DNA of 64,000 nt, from the NCBI RefSeq assembly GCF_009914755.1, contig NC_060930.1; one strand, written 5' to 3'. Positions 50,794 through 63,917 of the stretch are shown piece after piece; positions within the stretch are counted from its first letter, which is position 1; the number at the start of each line of letters is the position of its first letter. The DNA comes from the human T2T-CHM13v2.0 reference genome, Homo sapiens. The translations under genes and the position numbers were made by a program. The notes below the pieces were generated by a model. The model saw only the letters and a list, made by a program, of their open reading frames with translations, was not told the DNA's origin and searched no databases.

Positions 50794-50917
50794 GCATTGC
50801 TTAATTTTTAGCAGGCATAATAAGCAAGTTAACAGTAAAATGCAAAACATGATAAGCGTTGCTCAATTTTTAGCAGGTATAATAAGCAGGTTAACAGTAA
50901 AAATGCAAAACATGATA
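50794..50917. repeat. 2 x ~62-bp tandem duplication in the 3'UTR
   Basis: gc(a/g)ttgct(t/c)aatttttagcagg(c/t)ataataagca(a/g)gttaacagtaaaa(a)tgcaaaacatgata occurs twice. Confidence 0.92.
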
Positions 50918-51220
50918 GATAAGTCACTTTGAAAATTCAAACCAAAGTTCCTTCACCTTATGGAAATAGGAAATTATGGACTTCAAAATTGGACACTTCC
51001 TGTTTACAAAAAGAAATTCAGAGCTAAAATCATGGTAAAAAAAAATAGAAACACTTGAGAACTATGGTCTTTATGGGTGCAATTTGAAATCCTTTTCATC
51101 ATCTTACCAGACTAAACTAAGAGCACATACCAAACCTATCTTATGGTTGAAAGTTGGGGTTTATTTTTTATATGAGAATATTATCACTATTACATAACAT
51201 ACTCAGGACAAAGAACTTTG

Positions 51221-51228
51221 CTCAGGGA
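51221..51228 (+). promoter_or_regulatory. miR-125 (lin-4 family) 8mer site
   Basis: CTCAGGGA. lin-4/miR-125 control of lin-28 family 3'UTRs is established. Confidence 0.75.
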
Positions 51229-51343
51229 ACATACCATGTAATATTTTTGTTGTTTCTTTACAGACTAGTCTACAGTCCTGCTTACTCAAAACAAACCAAA
51301 TAACTTATACCTTTATATAAGTATTATGTACTGATGATAGTAA

Positions 51344-51350
51344 CTACCTC
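51344..51350 (+). promoter_or_regulatory. let-7 7mer-m8 site
   Basis: CTACCTC in the 3'UTR. Confidence 0.75.
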
Positions 51351-51525
51351 TGAGTTTGACACAGATCAAAATTTTTGAATATCAGATATCAGTTATCCTA
51401 TTTTTATTTCATGTGAAAACTCCTCTAAAGCAGATTCCCTCAACTCTGTGCATATGTGAATATCACTGATGTGAACACATTGTTCATTTACATAGGTAAA
51501 ATATTACTCTGTTTACAGCAAAAGG

Positions 51526-51533
51526 CTACCTCA
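51526..51533 (+). promoter_or_regulatory. let-7 8mer site
   Basis: CTACCTCA in the 3'UTR. Confidence 0.8.
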
Positions 51534-52964
51534 TAGTTGATACATAGCACACCTGTATGTATGCTGTTCCAGCCTTACAGGTGGCTGATAATTCTCTGGT
51601 ACAGAACCTTTTTATCTGTATTATAAATAGCAATTCACAACTGCATGTTTCTGACAAACACTTGTGAATAATGAAGCATCTCGTTTTAGTTAGCAAAGTC
51701 TCCAAACATTTCCTTAAAATAATCATGTATTTAGTTTAAAGAATTATGGGCACTGTTCAACTTAAGCAAAACAGAACACGGAAGCAGTCTTAGAAGCACC
51801 ACTTTGCCCAGAGGTGGAGGTTGGAAGGGGTAGCAGGGAGAGGGGTTGGTGTATGCAGGTATTCATGCTAGGCAAAGAGTTTAAAAGATGCCAATGTCCT
51901 TCATTTACTGTCTGTGCTGCCCTGAAGCCAAGCGTATTGCAGCATTATAGCCCCAGGCACATAACTAACTAGCACTGGCTTGCCAAGGAATGAACATGCA
52001 ATGCCATTACTAGCTATTGAGGGAAAAGGGTCTGTGTGAAGCATCACTTTGCAGGGATTACTAATGGTGGGGCAGCAGGTCTGTGAATTAAGTTATCTCT
52101 TGACCTCACCCTCATGTCAACACAAATGTAATTCCTAAACAAGATGCATTGCCAGTCTCTTAGCCCTGTAAGCTGATCATTTGCTACATGGCAGACTATA
52201 ATGAAAACATTTTTATACTTGGGTTTCTAGTCTTCACTAGAAGGCCTTGGATGTATTTTTGCAGTTGAAAGATTTAGAAAGATTTTTACCTGCTTATAAC
52301 TTGGAAGTTTAGAGTGCAATGTAAGAAAAAAGATCAAGAAATGTCATGTTATTAGCATCAGTCCACCTCCAATATTGCCGATACTTTTTTTATTCTGGCT
52401 CAGTTTTATTTTGCACCAGTGCGGCCCCAAGTTACTGCTGGTTGTATTTAGTTTGTGAATAGGAGCCCATAAGTGTTAATAGACTTTGTAACATTCACTA
52501 TAAGATGAATTATACAGGACATGGGAAATCTCATTAAGTCTTAAAGTTAATTTAAATTAATTTATCTGTTTTCTCTAAGAAATGTTTATCATAAAATATA
52601 TATGTGTATTTCCCCTTTGGTTATAAAATTTGGGAAAGTATGTACAAGTGCAGCTGCACTGACTTTAATTTTCTAGATGTCTTAATGAGATTTATTTGTT
52701 TTAGAGAAGAACATCTTGTTAAAAGCATCAAACTCTGTCTTACATAGCTGTCAACAGCCTCTTTAAGATGTGGTGGTTGTATGATCTGTGTCTTAATTGT
52801 TCAGTTAGAGTGAGAAGTTGACCTATGATTCATTTTTAAATTTTATATTTGGAACAAAGCTGCAAGTTATGGTAAAGTACTGTACTGTGAGAAGTATTAT
52901 GATATTTAATGCATCTGTGGCTTAACACTTGTGAGAGTTACCAGCTTGAAAATGATGGTGTTGA

Positions 52965-52971
52965 CTACCTC
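52965..52971 (+). promoter_or_regulatory. let-7 7mer-m8 site
   Basis: CTACCTC in the 3'UTR. Confidence 0.75.
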
Positions 52972-53149
52972 TTGAATCACATCTATCAACCACTGGCACC
53001 TACCACCAAGCTGGCTTCAATTAGTATGTGTTGCTTTTTGGTATTAACAACTAACCGTACTAGAGACCAAAGTGAACCCTGATTTTTATATGTCTTTAAT
53101 AATGGTGTTTTATCTAGTGTTTTTAAATTATCCTGTGTAGTATTTAGAT

Positions 53150-53156
53150 TACCTCA
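53150..53156 (+). promoter_or_regulatory. let-7 7mer-A1 site
   Basis: TACCTCA in the 3'UTR. Confidence 0.7.
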
Positions 53157-53190
53157 TTGTCCATTTTGACTCATGTTGTTTACAAGTGAA

Positions 53191-53196
53191 AATAAA
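53191..53196 (+). terminator. Possible proximal poly(A) signal
   Basis: AATAAA followed about 15-25 nt later by tgtatgttttt. Confidence 0.5.
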
Positions 53197-53390
53197 AACA
53201 CTTGAACTGTATGTTTTTAAAAGACAAAAAAGGGGTAGATGTTTGGAATGCGTTTCACTCGCATGCAGTCATCTGGAGGGACTGAAGCACTGTTTGCCTT
53301 TCTGTACACTCTGGGTTTTATATTCTCATTTCATGCCTAATGTCTTATTCTGTCAATTATGGATATGTTGAGGTTTAAAAAAATTACTTG

Positions 53391-53460
53391 ATTAAAAATA
53401 AAACATATAACGTTGGCATTTATGATGGGTTTTGGAGATTTTTTATGATGTGTGTTCTTA
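53391..53460 (+). terminator. Main polyadenylation signal of LIN28B
   Basis: ATTAAA 53391-53396 is immediately followed by AATAAA 53397-53402. Likely cleavage near 53422. A GU-rich element follows (gggttttggagattttttatgatgtgtgtt). Confidence 0.85.
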
Positions 53461-54044
53461 CTAAGTTAAGTGAAAGGATAAAAGGCCATTTAGGCAGTGT
53501 TTTACATCAGTTGGAGCATAAGTTAAGTGGTATTAACATATCCTCAGTGGTGAGTATTAACATGGAACTTACTCCAACAATACAGATGCTGAATAAATGT
53601 AGTCTAAGTGAAGGAAGAAGGAAAGGTGGGAGCTGCCATCACTCAGAATTGTCCAGCAGGGATTGTGCAAGCTTGTGAATAAAGACACATACTTCATGTA
53701 GTCAGAAGAGTGGTCTGAAGCAAAATATTCAAAGCCTATTGAAGAAATCATTTTAGAATTTTTCTACAAGTTTTTTCTAATAAAGAATTTGAAAAGGGCA
53801 AATTTTATCAGTACCAAATATCTAAAATACGAATGTAGATTTATCAAACCATGAATGCAGTATTGATGTACTGTAACAAACGATTTGGTAAAACTATTGA
53901 GTTCTTTAAATTGGCCAGTTCCACAATCAAACTTATTTTCCTCTCTTCACCTGGATGATTTATTTTTTTGATGATCTGTTATGACTTTTATTTTATTTTA
54001 AATTTTGGTAAAATCACATAACATAAAATTTACTATCTTAACCA

Positions 54045-54335
54045 TTTTTTTTTAAAGATGAGGTCTCATTCTGTTGCCCAGGCTGGAGTGCAGTGGTGCA
54101 ATCGTAGCTTACTGTGGGCTCAAATTCCTGGACTTGAGCGATCCTCCCACATCAGCCACTTGAGTAGCTGGACTACAGATGTGCACCATGCCCAGCTAAT
54201 TTTTTTTTTTTTTTTTTGTAGAGATGGAGTCCTGCTTTGCTGCCCAGGCTGGTCTTGAACTCCTGGCTTCAAGCAGTCCTCCCTCCTTAGCCTCCCAAAG
54301 GGCTGGCATTACAAGTGTAAGCCACCATGTCTAGC
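54045..54335 (-). mobile_element. Alu (J) in an L1 3'-end fragment
   Basis: Alu consensus. TSD ttaaccattttt. Confidence 0.88.
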
Positions 54336-54527
54336 CTTAACCATTTTTGATTATTAAGTATATTCACATTCTTGTACAACCATGTGTGATTCACTTTTCT
54401 TTGAAGGGCTTTTTGTACTTTACAGAATATGGAAAACCTTTAAACCTTAAAAGAAAAATACACATAATCCCATCATCTGAAAGTAACCAATAACAGCTTT
54501 TATTAATTTATATTTAGTATATGGAAT

Positions 54528-54976
54528 TTTTTTTTCTTTTTGTGAGACAGGGTCTTGCTTTGTCACCCAAGCTGGAGTGCAGCGGCTCAACCATGGCTCA
54601 CTGCAGCCTCAACCTCCCCAGGCTCAAGTGATTCTCCCAGCTCAGCCTCCCAAGTAGCTGGGACTATAGGCCTACACCACCATGCCTGGCTACGTTTTTG
54701 CATTTTTTGTAGAGGTGGTAAAATCACAAAACAAAAATTTACTATCTTGTGGCCTAGGCTGGTCTTGAACTCCTGGGCTCAATTGATCCTTCTGCCTTGG
54801 CCTCCCAAAGTGCTGGAATTACAAGTATGAACCACCCCGCCCGGCCAATTTTTGAATTTTTTGTAGAGACAGAGTTTCACTATGTTAGCCAGGCTGGTCT
54901 TTAACTCCTGGCTTCAAGGATCCCACCTCAGCCTCCCAAAGTGTTGAGAATGCAGGTGCAAGCTACCACACCTGGC
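54528..54976 (-). mobile_element. Composite Alu (full Alu plus an extra left monomer)
   Basis: Three arm-equivalents in tandem. Carries a foreign 33-bp insert at 54716-54748. Confidence 0.8.
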
Positions 54977-55061
54977 TGAAAATCTTAAAGAAAAAAAAAA
55001 TTATACATAATCCCATCGCCTAGAAATAACCATTAGCATTTTTTTATTAATTTTCTTATGG

Positions 55062-55063
<2 letters not shown>

Positions 55064-55102
<39 letters not shown>
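55064..55102. repeat. (CA)n microsatellite
   Basis: Seen directly. Confidence 0.95.
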
Positions 55103-55104
<2 letters not shown>

Positions 55105-55123
55105 TACATACACATGCGGGTGA

Positions 55124-55424
<301 letters not shown>

Positions 55425-55856
55425 TGATCATTAAATAGTCCAATATGCTTATGTAATTAATGCTGCTTTTTTTTTTTTTTCCAAATAAAGAATAGCTGTA
55501 AGTCACATTTAGGATAACAGGACGACCCAGCCAGAATCCCAGGCTGTCCTTCTCTGTACACAGAGTACTATGTTTCCTACCCCTGTCTGTGTCTATAAGC
55601 CTTTTGTAAGGACCTTTGTATGAAGCTTTTGCTTGCTAGGCTACTAAATCAAAGCAGTGCTGTGTGATAGCCACCATTTTGTGATCGATTCTGCTCCTGA
55701 TTGCCTGTTATTTTTGTAAAACATTCCTCAAAAACTCTGTGGGGTTTCTTGTTTGCTTTGCTTTCTAGAAATAATTGAAAATTCTTAAAACTTTCACAGT
55801 TGCTCAAATGTAATTTCTGTCATCCTCAATTTAGAAACCAGTATGTTGCCCTTTCT

Positions 55857-55859
<3 letters not shown>

Positions 55860-55938
<79 letters not shown>
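55860..55938. repeat. Compound (CT)n(CA)n microsatellite
   Basis: Seen directly. Confidence 0.95.
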
Positions 55939-55939
<1 letters not shown>

Positions 55940-56477
55940 TCTGAATTAATTTGGACTGCCTGGAAAATGGTAAATGTTTCTGTGGCTGCATAGCAGGCAT
56001 GTTTCTTAACACAATATAGGATAGTTTATTGTATTTATAGTGTATTTTGTTTCTAAAATTACTCAAAATTTCTTGAAGATGTGGGCTATTTCTGAAGGTC
56101 AAGGGTCTCCATTTCTACTTAATTTCTGAGCTCCTCAGCATCTGTAGCTATATCCGCCTGCTCCAGTTTGTAAAAGTTCTTTAAAACACAAACTCCAACC
56201 TTGGAGGTTTTGCTTACACCCCAAATCACATGGTTGGTTTTCTTTTGTCAAGAAGAAAGAAGAGGCTGGACCCACACCTATTAACGTAAGGACAATGCCC
56301 AAAGTCAAAGTCCAGGGAAAGACTGTTTCACACTTGAGAATCAAACCACATTTCTGTTTGACTTGGTGCAAATAGACATATTGTTGACCTGTCCTTTCAT
56401 ACTGCTTTTCTACCTTCTAGAAGTGTGGCCTCTCCCTCACTGCCAGTATGTCAGATATTTCAAGTGTTATTTATCAC

Positions 56478-56799
<322 letters not shown>

Positions 56800-57431
56800 A
56801 TTTATCACTCTTTCATTGAGATCATCGGGCCACATATTGAGCCCTTATAGTTATCAATCTCCACACTGGCTCTTCAAGTTCTCTCATTTCTTCATGAAAT
56901 TAATTCTCCACAACTTTCATTAACTAGTTCAGATAGTAGTTTTTCTAGTCCCCTGTTAAACTGCTTCTGCCCAAAAGCAATCAAACAGACCCAAAAAATC
57001 CACTTAAAACTATATTAATAAAAACCTAATTACAATCATAATTTCCTCACAGTAAAAATCTTGGAAAATGCAGAGGAGGGGCTGCCGTGTGAGAAGCTCC
57101 TGCTGTGGTGTTCTGACGATGTGCCCGGTCCACGCTCTACTTCCTTAGGTGGGCTTTTGTTTGTTGAGGCTGCACAGCATTAATGGGGAAACTTATTGCC
57201 GGGGAAAATGTAACATAAAACCAAACAGTGGGAAGGGACTCTGGACTGGCATCTGGTTCAATAGTCTGTCTCCATCTAGGATCATACCTGACCATCCTAG
57301 ATGGTTATTCCCAAAATCTGCTGGAGGAGAGTCCACGAGTTCCTTTAGAATGGAATCAGTAAGCAACAACAACAAAAATAAGTAATAAAAGACTGTGGGT
57401 CAATGTCAGATTATACAAGAGATCCCATTTA

Positions 57432-57554
57432 GATGGATACTCAATTTTCCATGATGTGATTATTACGCATTGCATGCCTGTACCAAAATATCTCATGTAC
57501 CCTGTAAATATATACGCCTACTATGTACCCACAAAAACTAAAACATAATTTAAA
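57432..57554 (+). mobile_element. Short L1 3'-end insertion (L1MA/PB-type)
   Basis: catgatgtgattattacgcattgcatgcctgtaccaaaatatctcatgtacc...; perfect 15-bp TSD aagagatcccattta (57417-57431 and 57555-57569). Confidence 0.85.
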
Positions 57555-57852
57555 AAGAGATCCCATTTAAAGGGACCATATTGACAACCTGCAGTGTTTC
57601 TTTTTAGTAAGACATTATTTCTTAATGGAACACTGTCCTTACTAAAATTATCTTCAAGGCTTATGTAAAAGATGTCCTAAATAACACAATCTAAAAAGTA
57701 TGTCATAATGTACTCCACTGTGCAGTGGGCCTTTAGAAGTGTAAAAATTCCTTATGGTTAAGGTGAAAGTCCGACTTTTAAGAATGTAGAAGAACTGGAA
57801 TTCAGTAATTCTGAATAAAGATTGAACATGATACAGTTCAGTTGTTGCTTGA

Positions 57853-57870
57853 CACCACCAGAGGGCACTC
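57853..57870 (+). promoter_or_regulatory. CTCF motif (forward orientation)
   Basis: CACCACCAGAGGGCACTC fits the CTCF core. Confidence 0.65.
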
Positions 57871-58235
57871 TTCACTTGCTCTCTGAAACAGATTTTCTTT
57901 TACATCCCCTCATAGCTATAATACTCTTTTGAGTACCTGAATATCCACATGATTGATAAACTTACCTAGGAAAATTTCTGACTGAAAAAATGTGTAATTA
58001 TAAGTAATGCCTTTTGAGCTCTTATGCAGAAGACAGGGGCTGTCAACACAGAGCTCACAATACTGAAGAGATAATCAGGTATTTGTAACTTGTCTAGAAA
58101 AAAGTATTTCTAAAAGTCTTCTTGTAATAAGAAACCACAGGACTGTAAACATTCAATTACATTAAATAATCATACTGCATTATTACCCCATATGTTTCTC
58201 CCCCACCTTTCAAGCTATAAGAAATATAAAACTTC

Positions 58236-58898
58236 TCCCAAGCATGGTGGCTCACACCTCTAATCCCAGTGTTTTGGAGGCCAACCCAGAGGGATCTCTT
58301 GAGGCCAGGAGTTCAAGACCAGCCTGATTAACATAGTGAGACCCTGTGATGTGGTTTGGCTGTTTCCCCACCCAAATCTCATCTTGAATTGTAGCTCTTA
58401 CAATTCCCAGGTGTTGTGAGAGGGACCCCGTGGGAGATAACTGAATCATGGGGTTGGGTCTTTCCCATGCTGTTCTCATGATAGTGAATAATTCTCACGA
58501 AATCTGATCATTTCATAAAGGGGAGTTTCCATGCACGAGCTCCCTTCTCTTGTCTGCCACCATGGGAGACATGCCTTTCATCTTCCACCATGATTGTGAG
58601 GCCTCCCCAACCATGTGGAACTGTGAGTCCACTAAACCTCTTTCTTGTGTAAAATTGTCCAGTCTCAGGTATGTCTTTATCAACAGCATGAAAACGGATG
58701 AATACAGCCTGATTCTACAAAACCTTAGCTGGGCATGATGGCTTGTGTCAGTAATTCCAGCTGCTTGGAAGGCTGAGGCAGGAGGATTGCTTGAGACCAG
58801 GAGTTCGATGCTGTAGTGCCTTTGATCACACCACTGCACTCCAGCCCGGGAGACACAGTGAGACTGTCACTAAAAAAAAAAAAAAAAAAAAAAAAATA
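58236..58898 (+). mobile_element. Old Alu (J-type) split by the THE1 LTR
   Basis: Left arm 58236-58346. Linker, right arm and A-tail 58707-58898. Confidence 0.85.
58347..58706 (+). mobile_element. THE1 (MaLR) solo LTR nested in an Alu
   Basis: Starts tgatgtggtttggctgtttccccacccaaatctcatcttgaattgtagct and ends cagcatgaaaacggatgaataca. 5-bp TSD ccctg/gcctg. Confidence 0.9.
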
Positions 58899-59517
58899 AG
58901 AAATGCAAGACTTCTTCATTGGGGTTTTATTACTGAAAACTTTGATGTTCCTCTTCTCACTCAGACATCTTAATAGGGCTGCCCATACTTCCATTATTTG
59001 AGAAGAAACAATATCTTGTCAAAATGCTGATATCACACCCAGGTATTCTAAGTATTTGATTTAAATGTGTGTCTCTAGATACAAGTTCTGAAAAGAGTTT
59101 TCAGGTATAATTTAATGAAGAAATACATCTTTTACCTTCAGCTTCCATTTATGTATCACTGATTAATGTAATAATAGCTTTTACTTTTATAGTGCTTTAT
59201 CGGTGACATGGTGCTTTAAAATTTAATTCTCACAAAACCCTCCTAAGATTAAGATGGCAGATATCAATATTCCTATATTACAGATGGGTTCAGGGAGATT
59301 ACATTAACTACTTGGGCCATAACCTGGCTTGGAGCTAGCTAGGAAAGACACCTCAGAATTCTGATTTGAATCATTCTCTTCTTCCAGTCACCAGAACCAG
59401 GCAGTAAGCTTCCTTCTGACTCTTTAGGAAGTGCCAAGAAGACAAGGAAGTGAGTAGGAGAGTTGAAAGGATCAAAATCACACACCAATGTGATTGCCCA
59501 CATTTGCTTCTGTCTGA

Positions 59518-60199
<682 letters not shown>

Positions 60200-60279
60200 G
60201 TGTTTCTTACAGTGGGAAGCAAGGCTATGAATGCACTAGCCTGCGAAGCCTGGACCTGCCAGGAGTTCCACCCAATCAC

Positions 60280-60548
60280 CTGGCATGTTTGTGCAAGGGA
60301 AGCTCCTGGACCTCACCCCAGACCAGAGTTTCTCAACCTTCCTATCCATATGAATCACCTGGGAGCTTTTAAGACTCCCAATGCCCAGATGAATGGCATC
60401 AGAATCTTTAATCCCAACGTGCAGCCCAGGCTAAACCCACTGTCCCGGCAGGTGCATTGTGTCAGTATCTGTGAGGGTGGGCTCTTGGAGCTAGACTTTT
60501 AACTGGTTCCCTGAGTGACCGTTTTATAAAAAGTCTGAAAACTACTGG
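60280..60548. mobile_element. MER5-type fossils (nested)
   Basis: cagagtttctcaacctt...gaatcacctgggagcttttaagactcccaatgcccag; aaaagtctgaaaactactg. Confidence 0.5.
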
Positions 60549-60741
60549 CCAGGAGCCAATAAATACAAGTTGCTTTTAACTGGACTGTGAACAAGAATAC
60601 GTGGGTTCTAGTTTTTCTTGGGTTCAATTTTCCTGGCTGTGTTTTTCATCTGCCCAATGGGGGCAGGGGGTGGACTCAAACAATCAGACCTCAAAGTGGT
60701 CAAGAAGACCTCAAAATGTGGTCCTTAACAGCAGCAGCAGC

Positions 60742-60955
60742 ATCCTGCCCCGGCAACATGGCAAAACCTCATCTCTACAAAAAATACAAAAATTAGCCAG
60801 GCGTGGTGGTGCGTGCCTGTATACCCAGCTTCTTGGGAGGCTGAGGTGGTAGGATCGCTTGAAGCCAGGAGATCAAGGCTGCAGTGAGCTGTGATAGCGC
60901 CACGGCACTCCAGCCTGGACAACAGAGGGAGGCTCTGTCTCAAAATAAAAAGAAA
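60742..60955 (+). mobile_element. 5'-truncated Alu (J)
   Basis: End of left arm plus right arm. Confidence 0.82.
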
Positions 60956-60958
60956 GTT

Positions 60959-61288
60959 ATCCTCAGCATAACTTTTTTGGATCAAGAGGTGACCAATAAT
61001 CACAGACATCTGAGTGCTAGCAAGGGTCTGAGGAGGTTCAGAACTTCCTTGTCCTTGGTCAGGTCACAATGCTCCTGTAAACCTTTAACAAAATAGTTGA
61101 TTTGCTTTTTAAAATATATATATACTTCCCCTTTATTCCCAGAGCTGGTTTCAAAAGCTACAGGATTGCTGTTTTTGTGTTTTATCTTAGTTCTCTAAAA
61201 TTATCCTAGGCTACGTGCAGGAATGGGTACAGGCCCTTTAAACAAATGGAGTTAGTTGTGTTAGTTCTTTTCTTGTTTCACTGTTACA
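60959..61288 (-). mobile_element. ERV1-class LTR fragment (MER4-group-like)
   Basis: Ends aaacaaatggagttagttgtgttag...cactgttaca (TGTAACA terminus on the minus strand). Confidence 0.5.
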
Positions 61289-62164
61289 CCAGTGCTTTCC
61301 ATCCACTGGCTGCCTCAGAGAGGTCTCTGCAGCCTCCTCTCTGCCCAGTGCTTTCTGGAGCCACTTGTCTAAGTTGGAATTGGCTCTTCTCTCTGCCCCA
61401 GGCAAACAGGTCCAGAGTGATTGCAGCTGAGAGTGTGGGCCGCCCATGCCTCCAGCCATTTCTGCTGTAAGCAGAAGGAGCCTTGGTAATAATCCCCTGC
61501 CCTGTCCGTCCTGTGGGTCCTGGCACTGACCTTTACAAGGCTCTTTACAAGGACTGTGGCTGCCAAGATTCCAGAAGGCTTAAGGATTCGACTTGACAAA
61601 GGAAAAAGGGAAAGAGGAGGACAAACATGTACTGGGTGCAAGCTATGTGTTAGGAAAGGTTCGAGTGTACATGTGAGGACACAGTGGCTCTGCAGGCTTC
61701 ACAATTTGCCTAAGATCACACTGTCAGAGCCGGCACTCAGAACCGCTTCTGTCCCACCTCCAAGCCACGTCCAGGACAGGACTCTGCCTCCTTTTTCAGG
61801 CCTGTGCTTTTCAGCTGCTTCCATCTATGAGGCAAGTGGAGGTAAACAATGTAGATAAGAAATCAGTTTGGGACAAAATATACTAGGACCCCATTTTTTC
61901 ACAGGAATTGGTAATCATTTTAAAGGCCAATGTCAGATTTTAATTTTTTTTCCTAAGAAAATGCCCCTCTATATAAATACATGTACAAAGAATAGAAAGT
62001 CTTACCTTTTTCTATTTTAGCATGAAAACTCCTCGATAACCTAAGGAAAGGAGCTGGGAACCAGATACACTGGTGGCCTCACACTCAACCTCCAGGGGCA
62101 CGGGAGAGAAAGAGGGCTGCAGACAGGCAGGCCTCAGTCTGAGGGGTCCAGGAGGAAGTCCCGG

Positions 62165-62335
62165 CTTTGTGACTTGAATTGTCTTGGTAAACTCAATCTA
62201 TTTGAGCTTCAGTTTCCTCCTCTGCAAAGTGGTGATCATAATAACTACCTTGCAGAATTGTTGTGAAAATACTAAATCATGTATTTTAAATGCAGCCTCT
62301 GGTAAATAATAGGCACTCAATACATGCTGTTCTCA
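62165..62335. mobile_element. MIR
   Basis: gagcttcagtttcctcctctgcaaagtggtgatcataataactaccttgcagaattgttgtgaaaa...taggcactcaatacatg. Confidence 0.7.
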
Positions 62336-62476
62336 CTATCTCCCATTACACCTAATTGTTCTTACTAACAAAACATATCAGCACTAATAAGAAAAGTTAG
62401 AAGAGATCAGGTGAGAACAACAAAAGTAGTGGGAAGCACGTTGAAAAAAATTAGGTCTCCAGGACGACAGAAGCGA

Positions 62477-62792
62477 TTTTTTTTTTTTTTTTTTTTTGAG
62501 ATAGGGTCTCACTCCGTTGCCCAGAGTGCACTGGAGTGCAGTGGCATGATCTCGACTCACTGCAAGCTCCGCCTCCCAGGCTCAAGTAATCCTCTCACCC
62601 CAACCTCCCAAGTAGCTGAGATTAGAGGCATGCACTACCACGCCTGGCTCATTTTTGTATTTTTTTTGTAGAGACAGGATTTCGCCATGTTGGCCAGGCT
62701 GGTCTTGAACTCCTGGGCTCAAGGGATCTCCCTGCCTCAGCCTCCCAAAGCCACCTCCTTGAGATTACAGGCGTGAGCCACCACACCCGGCC
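62477..62792 (-). mobile_element. Alu (J)
   Basis: Alu consensus. Confidence 0.88.
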
Positions 62793-63429
62793 TACAGAAA
62801 CAATTTTAAGAGAAGTAATGTCATAGCAGATGAGTGAATTGTAGTTCTGTTTTCTGCACAGTGTAGCTGGCCTGCTGGGAGGTTGAACCTGAGGTTTGTT
62901 CCCTGTCTGAGATCCTTCTGCGGTCTTGCCTCAGCCAGTCTCTACACAAATGGAATAATTATAATGTAGTCACCAACAGTTGTGAACAGCTCAGTACGCT
63001 TTCATTATTTGCAGATAAATATCAAGAATTAAATGGCTACCATCACCTCCCTGTCCAAGGTCCCTTTTATAAGAGCTGTTTTACAGTCGTGGGACCTCCA
63101 TTGACTCAGATGTGACATAATTTAGCTCAGTTCAAACCACTTTTGGTTCTGTTGGCCTGCCAATCAAGGAGTCAGAGGGTAAAATCCTGAATCAAGTTGT
63201 CCTCCTGGGAGCAGGCCCTGTGCACTGGCCCAGCAATGATAAGCACCATGGCATTTAACAGGCAGCTGGGACGAGCGAATAGACGAAGAAAATCAGAAAG
63301 ACATAACTAAAAGTGGGAAAGAGGTAAATTTTCTCATGACAGGATGAAGAAGAAGGCTGGGAGAACTTGGAAGTCAGTGGGATATATTTGTCCTTGGCGA
63401 ATAGCAAGAAAATATTAACGTAGTGTTTA

Positions 63430-63855
<426 letters not shown>

Positions 63856-63917
63856 CTAAGCATAGAGTAGGAGTAGAATAAGTAGAAAATAAGTCGGTTT
63901 CTCAGAGTTGAAGACAC

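Larger units (their letters stand above)
48874..53422 (+). other. LIN28B: LIN28B 3'UTR (~4.55 kb)
   Basis: Alu-free unique sequence from the stop codon to ATTAAA/AATAAA (53391-53402), followed by GU/U-rich downstream sequence. Dense in miRNA seed matches. Confidence 0.9.
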
